Shown: piece by piece, positions 18,819 through 27,426 of the stretch
How the letters are laid out: each line of letters starts with the position of its first letter
Position numbering within the stretch: position 1 is the stretch's first letter
Origin: a virus
Lineage: Duplodnaviria > Caudoviricetes
DNA length: 31,594 nucleotides
IMG/VR virus record: IMGVR_UViG_3300050195_000027
Coordinates: 1-31,594 of that record
Reading direction: 5' to 3' (one strand)
Program-made: the position numbers and the translations under genes
Notes under the pieces: model-generated
Database searches by the model: none
What the model was told of the DNA's origin: nothing
The model's input: only the letters and a program-made list of their open reading frames with translations

Positions 18819-19850
18819 TTAGACGACGCGGGACTCGGTGTTGAGCAGCTGGTCGACCTTGCGCAGCGGGACGCCCAGGAAGCTGGTCAGCTTGTACGGG
18901 GTGCCGAACTGCGTCAGCGCGTCGGTGATCGTCAGCGCGGCGTTCGACTTACCGAGGGCCGCGACGCGCAGCAGCGAATACACGGTGCGGTTCGCGTAGA
19001 AGGCCGGGCGGCCCATCGCGAGGTTCGGCACGCGGTCCAGCGCGCGGCTCATCAGGTTGATGATCTGCGTCGCGGCGGTCGAGGCCTGCGTGGCGGACTG
19101 CGAGATCAGGTCGGAGACGTTGATGTTCGCGATCCGGACCACGTAGCGCCAGTCCTTGACGGCCAGGCCGTTCTTCCACTGGTACAGCGTGCGCAGCGCC
19201 TGGAAATACTGCGGGGTCGCCGCGCCGGAGCCGTCGATCACCGAGTCCTCGCCCAGGTCCTGGTGCTGCAGGCCGGCCTGCGAGCCCTTCGGGAAGGGGC
19301 AGAACACGGTCTGATCGCCCCAGACGACCAGGTAGATCGACGCGTTGTTCGAGCCCGTGCCGCCGGCGTCCAGGATGTTCTGGCCGTTGCCGGCCGTCAG
19401 CGAGCTATAGCGGGTCTGGAAGCCCAGGAACTGGCGCGCATCGCTCGACGGGTTGCCGTAGAACATGGCGCCAGCCATCGTCTGGTTCATGCCTTCGATG
19501 AAGGCGCGATCTTCGGACAGGCGGAACTCGGCGGTGTTGCCGTTCAGCCTGGCCAGCTCGACGTCGACGTGCGAGCGAGCCTCGAGGATGCCGCACGCCT
19601 CGTCGATCTGCGTGGTGGTCGACTTGCTGGTCGGCACACCTTGATTGATCAGGCGGTAGAAGATCTGCGGCAGGCCGGTGCGGATGGTCAGGCGGTGGCC
19701 GGTGGGCATGTTGCCCTCGACGAACATCGCGTCCTCGAGGATCTCGTTCGTCTGGTTCAGCAGCTCGGCCACGACCGGGACTTGCCCGTTCGGGTCCATG
19801 CGCTTCGCCCAGTCGGCGAGGGTCAGTGCGAGTGCGGAAAGAAGTGCCAT
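18819..19850 (-). CDS. Major capsid protein (Bbp17-like, HK97 fold)
   Basis: TLADWAKRMDP, EGNMPTGH...RTGLP, GLAVKDWRYVVRIANI, FLGVPLRKVDQLLNTESRV. Confidence 0.93.
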   Translation of the reverse strand: MALLSALALTLADWAKRMDPNGQVPVVAELLNQTNEILEDAMFVEGNMPTGHRLTIRTGLPQIFYRLINQGVPTSKSTTTQIDEACGILEARSHVDVELARLNGNTAEFRLSEDRAFIEGMNQTMAGAMFYGNPSSDARQFLGFQTRYSSLTAGNGQNILDAGGTGSNNASIYLVVWGDQTVFCPFPKGSQAGLQHQDLGEDSVIDGSGAATPQYFQALRTLYQWKNGLAVKDWRYVVRIANINVSDLISQSATQASTAATQIINLMSRALDRVPNLAMGRPAFYANRTVYSLLRVAALGKSNAALTITDALTQFGTPYKLTSFLGVPLRKVDQLLNTESRVV

Positions 19851-19861
19851 GTGGTGCTTTC

Positions 19862-19877
19862 TTTATCGGCTGCTAAA
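19862..19877. promoter_or_regulatory. Operator-like palindrome overlapping a sigma-28-type -10 box
   Basis: TTTATC-GGCT-GCTAAA; minus strand contains GCCGATAA 12 nt before the capsid ATG. Confidence 0.5.
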
Positions 19878-19884
19878 GCCGAAG

Positions 19885-20574
19885 TCAATTCGAGTTGGGG
19901 TAGAGAACCTTGGCCGCGGACTTCTGGGTGCCGGGGGCCGTCCCGCCCGCGACGTGCTTGCTCTCGGAGAACGCGGGCGCGATGGTCAAGAAGTGCCGGA
20001 TCAGCTCCGGGTTGTTGACCAGGCCGCTCGTCTTCAGCAGTTCGCGGAACGCGGGCGTCGTCGTGGCCTGCATCGCGGTGCGCGCCTTGGACATGTTCTC
20101 GGCCAGCTTCTCGCCGCCGAGTTCAGGGTCCGCGCTCACCGCTGCGTGGTTGGCCTCGATCGTCGCGAGGCGCGCCGTCTCGGCTGCAGCTGCAGCGCGC
20201 GCGGCCGCCGTGGCGCCGCCCTTCTCTGCCAGCTTCGCGACGAGAGCGAACGCGTCTTGCGCCTTCGCCTGGCTCATCCCCAGTTCCTTCGCGAGCGTCG
20301 TGAACTCCGTCAGCAGCTCGCCGGCGGGCGCGGTCACGCCCTCGGGAGCCGTGAAATCCGCATACGTCTCGGGCGCGCCCTCGTCCGCCTTCGGCGGATC
20401 TACCGGCTTGCCTTCTGCGTCGAGAACCGGATCAGCGGATTGCTCCGTGCCAGTCTGCTGATTCGCGGGCTGGTCGCCCGTCGCGGTGGTGTCCGCGGCG
20501 GTCGACGCGTCCGCGCCAGTTGCTGATACCGCGGTGGTGTCCGTGGTCGTGGTCAGCGAGGTTTCGATGGTCAT
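19885..20574 (-). CDS. Capsid scaffolding protein
   Basis: Low-complexity acidic N-terminus, APETYADF, AKELGMSQAKAQ, GLVNNPELIR, KVLYP C-terminus. Confidence 0.85.
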   Translation of the reverse strand: MTIETSLTTTTDTTAVSATGADASTAADTTATGDQPANQQTGTEQSADPVLDAEGKPVDPPKADEGAPETYADFTAPEGVTAPAGELLTEFTTLAKELGMSQAKAQDAFALVAKLAEKGGATAAARAAAAAETARLATIEANHAAVSADPELGGEKLAENMSKARTAMQATTTPAFRELLKTSGLVNNPELIRHFLTIAPAFSESKHVAGGTAPGTQKSAAKVLYPNSN

Positions 20575-20861
20575 GCCATGCCTTCGGTCAGCATCAGGAT
20601 GTAGTCCGGGCCGGCGTGCCTGATCACTTCGGCCTCGATCTCGAGGCCCAGTGCGCGCTTGCCTTCACGGAAGAACGTCTCGCTGTTGCCGGTGAAACTG
20701 GTGCGGTGGATGCCGGCGGCCGCGAGCCAGCGGCGCACGATGCGCCGGCCTTGCTTCGAGGACATCAGCCACTTCGTGTCGTTCGCTTCGACCTGGCCGG
20801 CGAGCTTCCCCGCGTCGCGTCGCGCGCTGGCTTCGGGGTGGAGTTCGTCGGAGGTGCTCAT
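20571..20861 (-). CDS. Bbp19-like protein
   Basis: KWLMSSKQGRRIV...TFFREGKRALGL. Confidence 0.85.
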   Translation of the reverse strand: MSTSDELHPEASARRDAGKLAGQVEANDTKWLMSSKQGRRIVRRWLAAAGIHRTSFTGNSETFFREGKRALGLEIEAEVIRHAGPDYILMLTEGMA

Positions 20862-20869
20862 AGGCCTTC

Positions 20870-20900
20870 AATGTCGGAGGACCGACGCGGCTTATGTGAA
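20870..20900 (-). promoter_or_regulatory. Putative late promoter C (Bbp19-scaffold-capsid)
   Basis: TTCACA-19 nt-GACATT-8 nt-ATG. Confidence 0.7.
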
Positions 20901-20909
20901 TCGATCAGT

Positions 20910-22409
20910 TCACGACGCGGATGGAATTTGCACGCTGGCCTGGTAAGCGGCCATCTCCGGTGCGGCTTCATGGAGGCCATCCACGCTGAAATCCCAGACC
21001 CCGATGGGGCAGGTAACGCCCGACACCGTGAGGATTGCAGGCTGCGTGACGGCGCCGGAGAGGTTGTAGAGACCGACCTGTGTCGCGCTGATGTACTGCA
21101 TGCGCTGATAGAGCGTGGCGCCTGCGGTGCCAGCACCAGGAACCATCACCTTGTGACCGTGGTCTGCGGGCGTGAAGTTCGCGGTGGCGGAGGTAAGCAG
21201 GTTCGATCCCACCGTCATTGCGCCGTCGGTGACAGTGCGGGCGTTCTGGTACACCTTCCAGAACGGTGACCCCGGGTACTGCTCGAACCCTGCTGCCTCG
21301 TCGATCACGTAGTCGACAGGCAAAAGGCCCTGAAGCGCTTGCGTGCGCCAGGCCAAACGGGCTGCGTCGTTCGCGCCCGCGACTTGGCCAGTGGTCGACA
21401 TCAGGAAGTCGCTCGTCGACGCGATGAAGGGTGACATCGTTCCCGCGCCGATGCGCTTTCCGACGACATACGGGAGCGCCTTGACCGCCTTGAGATTGGC
21501 GACCATCGTCGCAATCCCTGTGCCCAGGTCGTTGATGGGACCACCCACATATACCTGGGTGACGTATTGCAGAAGGTCGCGTCGGATAGCGCCGTGCGAG
21601 GTCAGAAAATTCGCCAGGCTGTCGCTGGCAGCAGAGAGGTTCAGGAAAGCACCCCAGCGACCGAACGCGCGCTCTGCGGTGCCTACGAAGCCATTGGCGT
21701 CGGTGATGAAGTCATTCGCCGCCCCGGCGATCTGCGCGACATGGCGAGAGTTGCCGACGATGCCCACGGATTCGCACGAGGTATAGGCGAGAACCGCGGT
21801 CGGCGCGACCTTGTAGGGAAGCGCGAAACTGGGCGAGTACCCGGTTTGCGTGAAGTCCAGGGTCGTGCCCACCACGCTGCTGGTAGTGATCGTCTCGTTG
21901 TTCGAACCGATCACGGCATCGCAGCCCGCTTGCACGTTGATGCCGCTGGTCGGGTTGCCGACCCATTTGTTGATGTAGGCCTTGGTGCCCTTCTTGAACC
22001 CCGGCGCGTAGGTGAACGCGTCCGAGATCAGCTTCCCGCCCGGAGGATTGGCGCCTGTACGTGAACCGTTGTAGGTGACGGTTCCGATGATGTTGCCCAG
22101 GGGGTATTCAATCGTGTAGGTGTAGTACTCCACATCACTGCCGGGCGTCTCGTTGAGGCCCCAGGCGTTCACGTCAAGAAGCTGGATCGTGTTGACGTTG
22201 TCGGCGAACTTCACATACGACCGGCCGCCAGCTTGAGTAGCTGCGATGTTGTAGTACGGGTAGCGCAGACGATCGGTGACGACGCGCAGGGCCAGGGGTT
22301 GGTCCGGGGTGCTCGTCAGATGTTCGACGCCGGACGGATCAACGTAGCCAACGAGCTTTCCCGTCGACAGGTCGAACAGAGAAGATCCCTTGCGGTGATA
22401 GCCACTCAT
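20910..22409 (-). CDS. Accessory SGNH-like esterase (499 aa) inserted in the head module
   Basis: Start MSGYHRKG; blocks VGNS / LNLSAASD / GGPIND / DGLH; more A/T-ending codons than flanking genes. Confidence 0.7.
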   Translation of the reverse strand: MSGYHRKGSSLFDLSTGKLVGYVDPSGVEHLTSTPDQPLALRVVTDRLRYPYYNIAATQAGGRSYVKFADNVNTIQLLDVNAWGLNETPGSDVEYYTYTIEYPLGNIIGTVTYNGSRTGANPPGGKLISDAFTYAPGFKKGTKAYINKWVGNPTSGINVQAGCDAVIGSNNETITTSSVVGTTLDFTQTGYSPSFALPYKVAPTAVLAYTSCESVGIVGNSRHVAQIAGAANDFITDANGFVGTAERAFGRWGAFLNLSAASDSLANFLTSHGAIRRDLLQYVTQVYVGGPINDLGTGIATMVANLKAVKALPYVVGKRIGAGTMSPFIASTSDFLMSTTGQVAGANDAARLAWRTQALQGLLPVDYVIDEAAGFEQYPGSPFWKVYQNARTVTDGAMTVGSNLLTSATANFTPADHGHKVMVPGAGTAGATLYQRMQYISATQVGLYNLSGAVTQPAILTVSGVTCPIGVWDFSVDGLHEAAPEMAAYQASVQIPSAS

Positions 22410-22429
22410 GGTGCGGTTCGCTTTCGTTG

Positions 22430-24145
22430 TCAGGTGTAGCCGCTGAACCCGGCGGTCGGGCTTGCGGGATGCGCGGTTTGGACGAGGCCGCCGCGCGAGA
22501 CGAGGGACGCCAGGGCGGTGTTGTTGCCCATCGGCGCGTTGGCCAGCTTCTGCACGGTGTCGGCCTGCTGGTTCGCCGCGGCGGCGTCCTGCTGCTTCTG
22601 CGCCTGCTGCGCGCGGCCTTGACGGATCAGCGCCACCTTGTCGTTGCCGACGATCAAGCTCGGCGAGATGCCCAGCATGTCGCTGTACTCGTCGGCCCAA
22701 TCGTCCGCGTCGAACTTGTCGAGGACGCCGGGCGCGAAGGCTGCGATCTGGCCGAGGTTGCCGACGAAGCGGTCGATCGAGTTCGTGCCGATCGCGCGCT
22801 GCGCCTGCGCCAGCATCGAGATGAACTCGACCTGCAGCGTGACGCCGTGCAGCTCCTGCGGCGGCGGCGGCAGCATGCCGACGCGCAGCATGCGGTTGAA
22901 GGTCGACTGGATGAGCGGGTTCAGCTCCTCGTTGTGCAGGCGCTCGACGGTCGGGCCGAGCATCAGCATCTTTTCCTCGTGACGCTCGGCGACCTCCGTG
23001 GCCGTCATGCGAGTCTCGTTCTGCTCGCTGAGCATCAGGAAGAGGTCGGCGTAGAACGCGGACTTGATGCGCTCGCGCACGTCTGCGATGTCGGCGCCGA
23101 GGTGGCTCAAGTCGATGCGTACTTCAAAGGCGGACTTGATCGCTTCGGTGCCGTCGCCGAACGTGATGCCGCCCGGCAGCATGTCCGTCTCGCGGTTCTT
23201 GTACGAGGTCGGCGCCACCAGCGGCGGCTTGACCATGTAGTCGATCGCCTGCGCCTTGCGCAGTTGCTCCTGCTGCAGCTGCTTGACGTCGCCCAGCGCT
23301 TCCATCCCCGGCGAGTTGCCGTAGATGTCGCCGCCCGAGACGGACCAGCGCGAGCACAGGCCCGGGAACTCGTTGTAGCCGGACTCGAGCAGGTACTGGT
23401 CCTCGCTCGCCCCCTGCTCGAAGTAGCACGAGCGGAAGGCCATGTTCTTGGCGGCCTTGCTCTTGAAGTCGCGCTCGCGGTCCGCGCGCGGCTCGATGAT
23501 CTGGATGATCGGCACCCAGGCGCCGAGCGTGCCGGCGTCCCACAGACCTTGCACCGTCTTGCTGCACTGCTTGTAGCCGAACTCCTTGACGCACTCCGCG
23601 ACCGTCTTCTCGAACTCGCGGGCCATCGTGTCGACGTTGCCTTTGAAGTCCGTCGCGATGCAGTACTCGCCGGCGGTGAGCGAGGCGTGATGCACGACGG
23701 TCTTGTAGTCCGGCATGATGACCTTGGCCGCGGTGCCGAACACGCCCAGTTCCTCGTAGGTCTGGTGCAGCGCGCGGTACACGTTCGACTTGTTGAACAC
23801 CGTCAGCATCAGCTGCGTGCACGCGTCGAGCCAGATCTTGACTGGCTGGTGCTTGTTCAGGTCGGCATCGGGCGTCGACAGGCGAAACCATGGCCGCGCC
23901 GGGCTGGTCATGCCTGACATCATCCCGGCGGCCAGCACGCGCACCGCGCGCGTCCCGGTGGAGTCGTAGATGTTGTTGTGCCGGCGCGCGCCGCGGTTGC
24001 GGTCCTGGATGAAGTAGCGCCCCGAGCGGGGCAGCAGGAACTTCGACAGCTCCGTCCAGTGCGGCATCCAGCTGGCGCGCTCGTCCTTCAGCTCGCCCCA
24101 GCGCCGAAGCAGGTCACTGCGCTTGGTGTAGTCCGTCTCGCGCAT
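22430..24145 (-). CDS. Portal (head-tail connector) protein
   Basis: IYDSTG...GMTSPARPWFRL, YGNSPGMEALGD, MTATEVAERHEEKMLMLGP; true start MRETDY. Confidence 0.93.
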   Translation of the reverse strand: MRETDYTKRSDLLRRWGELKDERASWMPHWTELSKFLLPRSGRYFIQDRNRGARRHNNIYDSTGTRAVRVLAAGMMSGMTSPARPWFRLSTPDADLNKHQPVKIWLDACTQLMLTVFNKSNVYRALHQTYEELGVFGTAAKVIMPDYKTVVHHASLTAGEYCIATDFKGNVDTMAREFEKTVAECVKEFGYKQCSKTVQGLWDAGTLGAWVPIIQIIEPRADRERDFKSKAAKNMAFRSCYFEQGASEDQYLLESGYNEFPGLCSRWSVSGGDIYGNSPGMEALGDVKQLQQEQLRKAQAIDYMVKPPLVAPTSYKNRETDMLPGGITFGDGTEAIKSAFEVRIDLSHLGADIADVRERIKSAFYADLFLMLSEQNETRMTATEVAERHEEKMLMLGPTVERLHNEELNPLIQSTFNRMLRVGMLPPPPQELHGVTLQVEFISMLAQAQRAIGTNSIDRFVGNLGQIAAFAPGVLDKFDADDWADEYSDMLGISPSLIVGNDKVALIRQGRAQQAQKQQDAAAANQQADTVQKLANAPMGNNTALASLVSRGGLVQTAHPASPTAGFSGYT

Positions 24146-24474
24146 CAACCGCCCAGAAGCGAGGTCTGGCCGAGCGTGAGCTGCGTCGGATCGACGCCGC
24201 TGGGGCCTGTCAGCATCGTGCCGGCGGCGCCCTGCTTGCCGGCGGCGAGGTTGGCCTGCAGCTGCGCGGCGACGTCCGGCGTCTTGGCGTTGGCCTGATT
24301 GTTGGCCTCGTCGGCCATCTGCTGGTTCTTCGCCGCGGCGGTTGCTGCCTGGGTGTTGGCCGCGTTCTGGCGCTTGCCGGCCTGGTTGGCGCTGTACGCG
24401 TTGTAGGCGGTGCCGGCTGCGGCGACGGCTGCACCGATCTCGGCGACTGCGACAGCGGAGAGACCGAAGCTCAT
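24145..24474 (-). CDS. Small virion-associated protein
   Basis: Ala/Gln-rich, ends TMLTGPSGVD...LGQTSLLGG; TGATG overlap with portal. Confidence 0.75.
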   Translation of the reverse strand: MSFGLSAVAVAEIGAAVAAAGTAYNAYSANQAGKRQNAANTQAATAAAKNQQMADEANNQANAKTPDVAAQLQANLAAGKQGAAGTMLTGPSGVDPTQLTLGQTSLLGG

Positions 24475-24935
24475 TGCAGTTCCAGGTTCGCGCGGCGCGA
24501 GAGCAGGCGCGCCGCATCGGCGCACAGCGCGTCCTCGATCGCCTTGACGTCGGTGCCGCCGGTGGGGTTGATGCACACGCAGAGCCAGAACGTGTCGGCG
24601 TGCGTGACGCCGATGCGCTTGTGGCCGGCCAGCGCGGGCACGACGTGAATCCCGGTCAGGCGCTTCGGCCCGCTCTCGGTCTGCACGGTGATGTCGCCGA
24701 CGGCGATCGAGAGCGTGCCCTGGCAGTGCGCGCCTCCGAGCAGCACGTGCTCCGCGGGGATGCGCACGCTACGGCCGTACAGCCGATCGTCGTCTGCGAA
24801 AAAGTGCTCGGTGCTCAGGTCGATGACGTGGCCGCGCTCGTGCTCGATCTCGTTCATGAACGCCTCGATCGCCGCGAATTGCTCGGGCGTCGGCTGCGCG
24901 GTCAGCGCGCTGGGATCAATCGTGGAGACCTGCAT
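24471..24935 (-). CDS. Hypothetical protein, cupin-like beta fold
   Basis: HFFADDDRLYGRSVRIPA...AGHKRIGVTHADTFW; start inferred from promoter D. Confidence 0.65.
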   Translation of the reverse strand: MQVSTIDPSALTAQPTPEQFAAIEAFMNEIEHERGHVIDLSTEHFFADDDRLYGRSVRIPAEHVLLGGAHCQGTLSIAVGDITVQTESGPKRLTGIHVVPALAGHKRIGVTHADTFWLCVCINPTGGTDVKAIEDALCADAARLLSRRANLELQ

Positions 24936-26541
24936 AAGGGTCATGCTCACGGCCGCCACCCGGCTTATGTGAACCGCCCTTGCCTGGCTTCTTCGCTTTA
25001 GGCGTGTCGATCATCGCGAGGATCACGGCCACCGCGCGGTCGACGGACCGGCGGATCTTCTCGAAGATCTCCTCGCGGCTCGCGACCTTGATCACCAAGC
25101 CGGACATCGACCAGGTCGGCGTGCAGAGCTCGATCAGCAGGTCCTTGTCCGGGGGCAGCGCGACGCCGACGTCGTTGGCCGGGTCGAGCGCCTCGCGCAT
25201 GCGCCACCACAGCTCGGAGCGCTGGTTGAAGAACCGCAGGCGCCCGCTCTTGTCCGTGCCCAGCGCCTTCTCGCTGACGTTCACGCCCATGACCTGCAGC
25301 TGCATGCCGTTCAGCACGTCGTAGGGCGATGCGCCTACGCCGATCACGTCGATGTGGATCGGCGCCTCGTCGCGACGCGACGCGATCACCAGGCCGGCGA
25401 CCATCGGGCCATCTGGCGTCTCGGTGCCAGCGAAGATCTTCAGGCGATCGATCCACCAGCCCTTCGAGCCGTCCGGGTTCGCGTGTCGGTTGGCGATCGT
25501 CGTGTTGTCCTTGCCACCGCGCGCGACGTCGACGCCCTGCCCCATCATCTCGCCCTTCGGCGAGCGGTCGACCCAGCGCGCCATCGCGGCCTCGACCCAC
25601 GCTGTGGGAATCACCTGCCACGGGTCGTCCTGCATGCCGGCCTGGAAGTCGCCGTACAGCATCTGGCTGCGCAGCGGCTCGGGCATGGCCTGCAGCACGC
25701 GCAGATAGCCCGAGCCGGCCAGGTGCGGGTTGTCCGAGATCCGCGACGGGATGAACGTGCGCGACTGCGGCTCGATGATGTCCTCGGGCGCGAACTCCTT
25801 CGGGTCGAAGTCGTAGACCAGCACGCCGTTGACCAGCACGCAAGGCGCGGCGGTGTCGACCCACACGTCGCGGCTCGTACCGTTCTCCGCGGGCAGCATC
25901 ACGCAGTAGCGGATCTCGCCGGGCGCGGTGGGGTACAGCGGGTGCTTCTTGTCGAGCCACGGGCCGAAGAAGTCGACGATCCATCGGCCCTCGGCGTTGG
26001 TGGGCGGGTTGAACGTGAGCAGCGCCTGGCTGCGCACCTTGTTGCTGTTCTCGTCGTAGCTGGTCGAACGGTTCCAGCCCAGGAGGAAACGCACCTGGAG
26101 CTCGAGGAAGTTCGCGGCCTCGTCGAACACCAGCAGGTCGTGCGGGCGGCCTTGCTGGCGCTGCTCGTCGCCGAGGTTAGGGCACGAGCCGAACTCGATC
26201 AGCACCTTGCGCGGCCCGGCGTCGCGCCACACGCGCTTCGTCGAGTTGTAGCCGTCGTCGTTGCCCAGCAGCTTGCGCATCCGCTCCTCGATGCCCTGCA
26301 GCTGCGTCCCCTCGCGGCGCATGATCAGCACCTCGTGCGCCTTCATCACGGCCTTGCCGATCGCGAGGTCGGACTTGCCGCCGCCGGCCGCGCCGCCGAA
26401 GCCCACGATATCGGCCTCCGAATCGTAGGCCATGGTCTGCGGGCCGGGCAGCGGGCGCCACAACGGCTGGCGCGCCAGCAGCTCGCGGCCGCGCGCGATG
26501 GCCTCCTGCAGGATCGCGCGCTCGCGCACGGTCAGCGTCAT
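24916..26541 (-). CDS. terL: Terminase large subunit
   Basis: Walker A GGAAGGGKS, Walker B LLVFDEA, TFNP, nuclease GVDVARGGKD; ATGA overlap with terS. Confidence 0.92.
   Translation of the reverse strand: MTLTVRERAILQEAIARGRELLARQPLWRPLPGPQTMAYDSEADIVGFGGAAGGGKSDLAIGKAVMKAHEVLIMRREGTQLQGIEERMRKLLGNDDGYNSTKRVWRDAGPRKVLIEFGSCPNLGDEQRQQGRPHDLLVFDEAANFLELQVRFLLGWNRSTSYDENSNKVRSQALLTFNPPTNAEGRWIVDFFGPWLDKKHPLYPTAPGEIRYCVMLPAENGTSRDVWVDTAAPCVLVNGVLVYDFDPKEFAPEDIIEPQSRTFIPSRISDNPHLAGSGYLRVLQAMPEPLRSQMLYGDFQAGMQDDPWQVIPTAWVEAAMARWVDRSPKGEMMGQGVDVARGGKDNTTIANRHANPDGSKGWWIDRLKIFAGTETPDGPMVAGLVIASRRDEAPIHIDVIGVGASPYDVLNGMQLQVMGVNVSEKALGTDKSGRLRFFNQRSELWWRMREALDPANDVGVALPPDKDLLIELCTPTWSMSGLVIKVASREEIFEKIRRSVDRAVAVILAMIDTPKAKKPGKGGSHKPGGGREHDPYAGLHD
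24943..24973 (-). promoter_or_regulatory. Putative late promoter D embedded in the terL 3' end
   Basis: TTCACA-19 nt-GAGCAT-7 nt-ATG. Confidence 0.7.
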
Positions 26542-27137
26542 GCGAACGCGCTCAGGTCGTCGTCGGCCGGCTCGGCCTTCGGGATGGCGGCGAGCTTGCG
26601 CTGCAGGGTGTTGAACTCGGCGAGCAGCTCCGCGTCGGTCATCGAGTCGACGGCCGTGGAGCTGACGACCTCGGTGCGATCGGTGGCGTAGCGCTTGCGG
26701 TACGCCTTCATGCGCGCCAGGAGCAGCGTGTCGCTGAACTTCGTGACGGTGAGCCACCGCAGCTGGCCGTTCGCGTCGCGCGCCTGGCGCGGCACCAGCT
26801 TGTGCGTGACCGTCGTGTCGCCCACCAGGTAGGGATCGCACTCGACGCGGTCCATCACGAGGTTGCCGAACTCGTCGCGCTCCCAGACCGGCGTCAGCTG
26901 GCCCTGGTAGACGACCGGATCCTCGTAGCCGAACGCGCGCCGCGTCAGCTCCTGTTCGCAGTCATCGGTGTGCGCCTCGATCGCGAGGTCCCAGGCCGCC
27001 AGGAAGTCGGCGTCGACCTTGCGCAGGTTGTAGGCGGTCGCGGCGCCGGAGAGGCCCGCGAGGCGCGCGCTGCCGGACACGTTGCCGGTGCGCTCGAGGT
27101 TGACGAGGAAGGGGTGGACCCAGTTCGGGTAGGACAT
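26538..27137 (-). CDS. terS: Terminase small subunit
   Basis: FLVNLERTGNVSGSARLAG HTH, DADFLAAWD, KFSDTLL; directly upstream of terL. Confidence 0.85.
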   Translation of the reverse strand: MSYPNWVHPFLVNLERTGNVSGSARLAGLSGAATAYNLRKVDADFLAAWDLAIEAHTDDCEQELTRRAFGYEDPVVYQGQLTPVWERDEFGNLVMDRVECDPYLVGDTTVTHKLVPRQARDANGQLRWLTVTKFSDTLLLARMKAYRKRYATDRTEVVSSTAVDSMTDAELLAEFNTLQRKLAAIPKAEPADDDLSAFA

Positions 27138-27144
27138 GCACCGG

Positions 27145-27175
27145 AAGATGCATGCCCACCCCGGAGCTAAGTGAA
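27145..27175 (-). promoter_or_regulatory. Putative late promoter E (terS)
   Basis: TTCACT-19 nt-CATCTT-7 nt-ATG. Confidence 0.65.
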
Positions 27176-27188
27176 TTCGAGCAGCTGG

Positions 27189-27422
27189 TCAGCGCTGGCC
27201 AGTCGCCGTGTGGGCGCGGCGTTGGCCGAGGCAGATGTAGCAGACCTGCGTCTTGCTGATCTCGAACTTGGCGGCGATCTCGGCGTACTGCATGCCGCCG
27301 TCTCGAAGTTCGTGGATCAGCCAGACATCGTGATCCGAGAGCTTGGCTCGGTGATGGTCCTGGCCGACAACATGACCGCCGTCGTTGGTCGCCGAGCCGC
27401 GTGCAGTTTTTTGCTTGCTCAT
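27189..27422 (-). CDS. Small HTH DNA-binding protein, candidate late activator
   Basis: GQDHHRAKLSDHDV...GMQYAEIAAKFEISKTQVCYI. Confidence 0.75.
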   Translation of the reverse strand: MSKQKTARGSATNDGGHVVGQDHHRAKLSDHDVWLIHELRDGGMQYAEIAAKFEISKTQVCYICLGQRRAHTATGQR

Positions 27423-27426
27423 GGAG

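Noticed and set aside
22052-22066. Sixth late-promoter copy (TTCACGTACAGG)
   Set aside because: Intragenic, diverges from the consensus and is not positioned at a gene start
26408-26415. Sigma-28-like GCCGATAT in terL
   Set aside because: Intragenic, no -35 element and no nearby gene start
22410-26841. N-terminal extensions in the ORF track (starts 22700, 24517, 24576, 26841)
   Set aside because: They overlap upstream genes; coupled ATGs at 22409, 24145, 24474 and 26541 fit better
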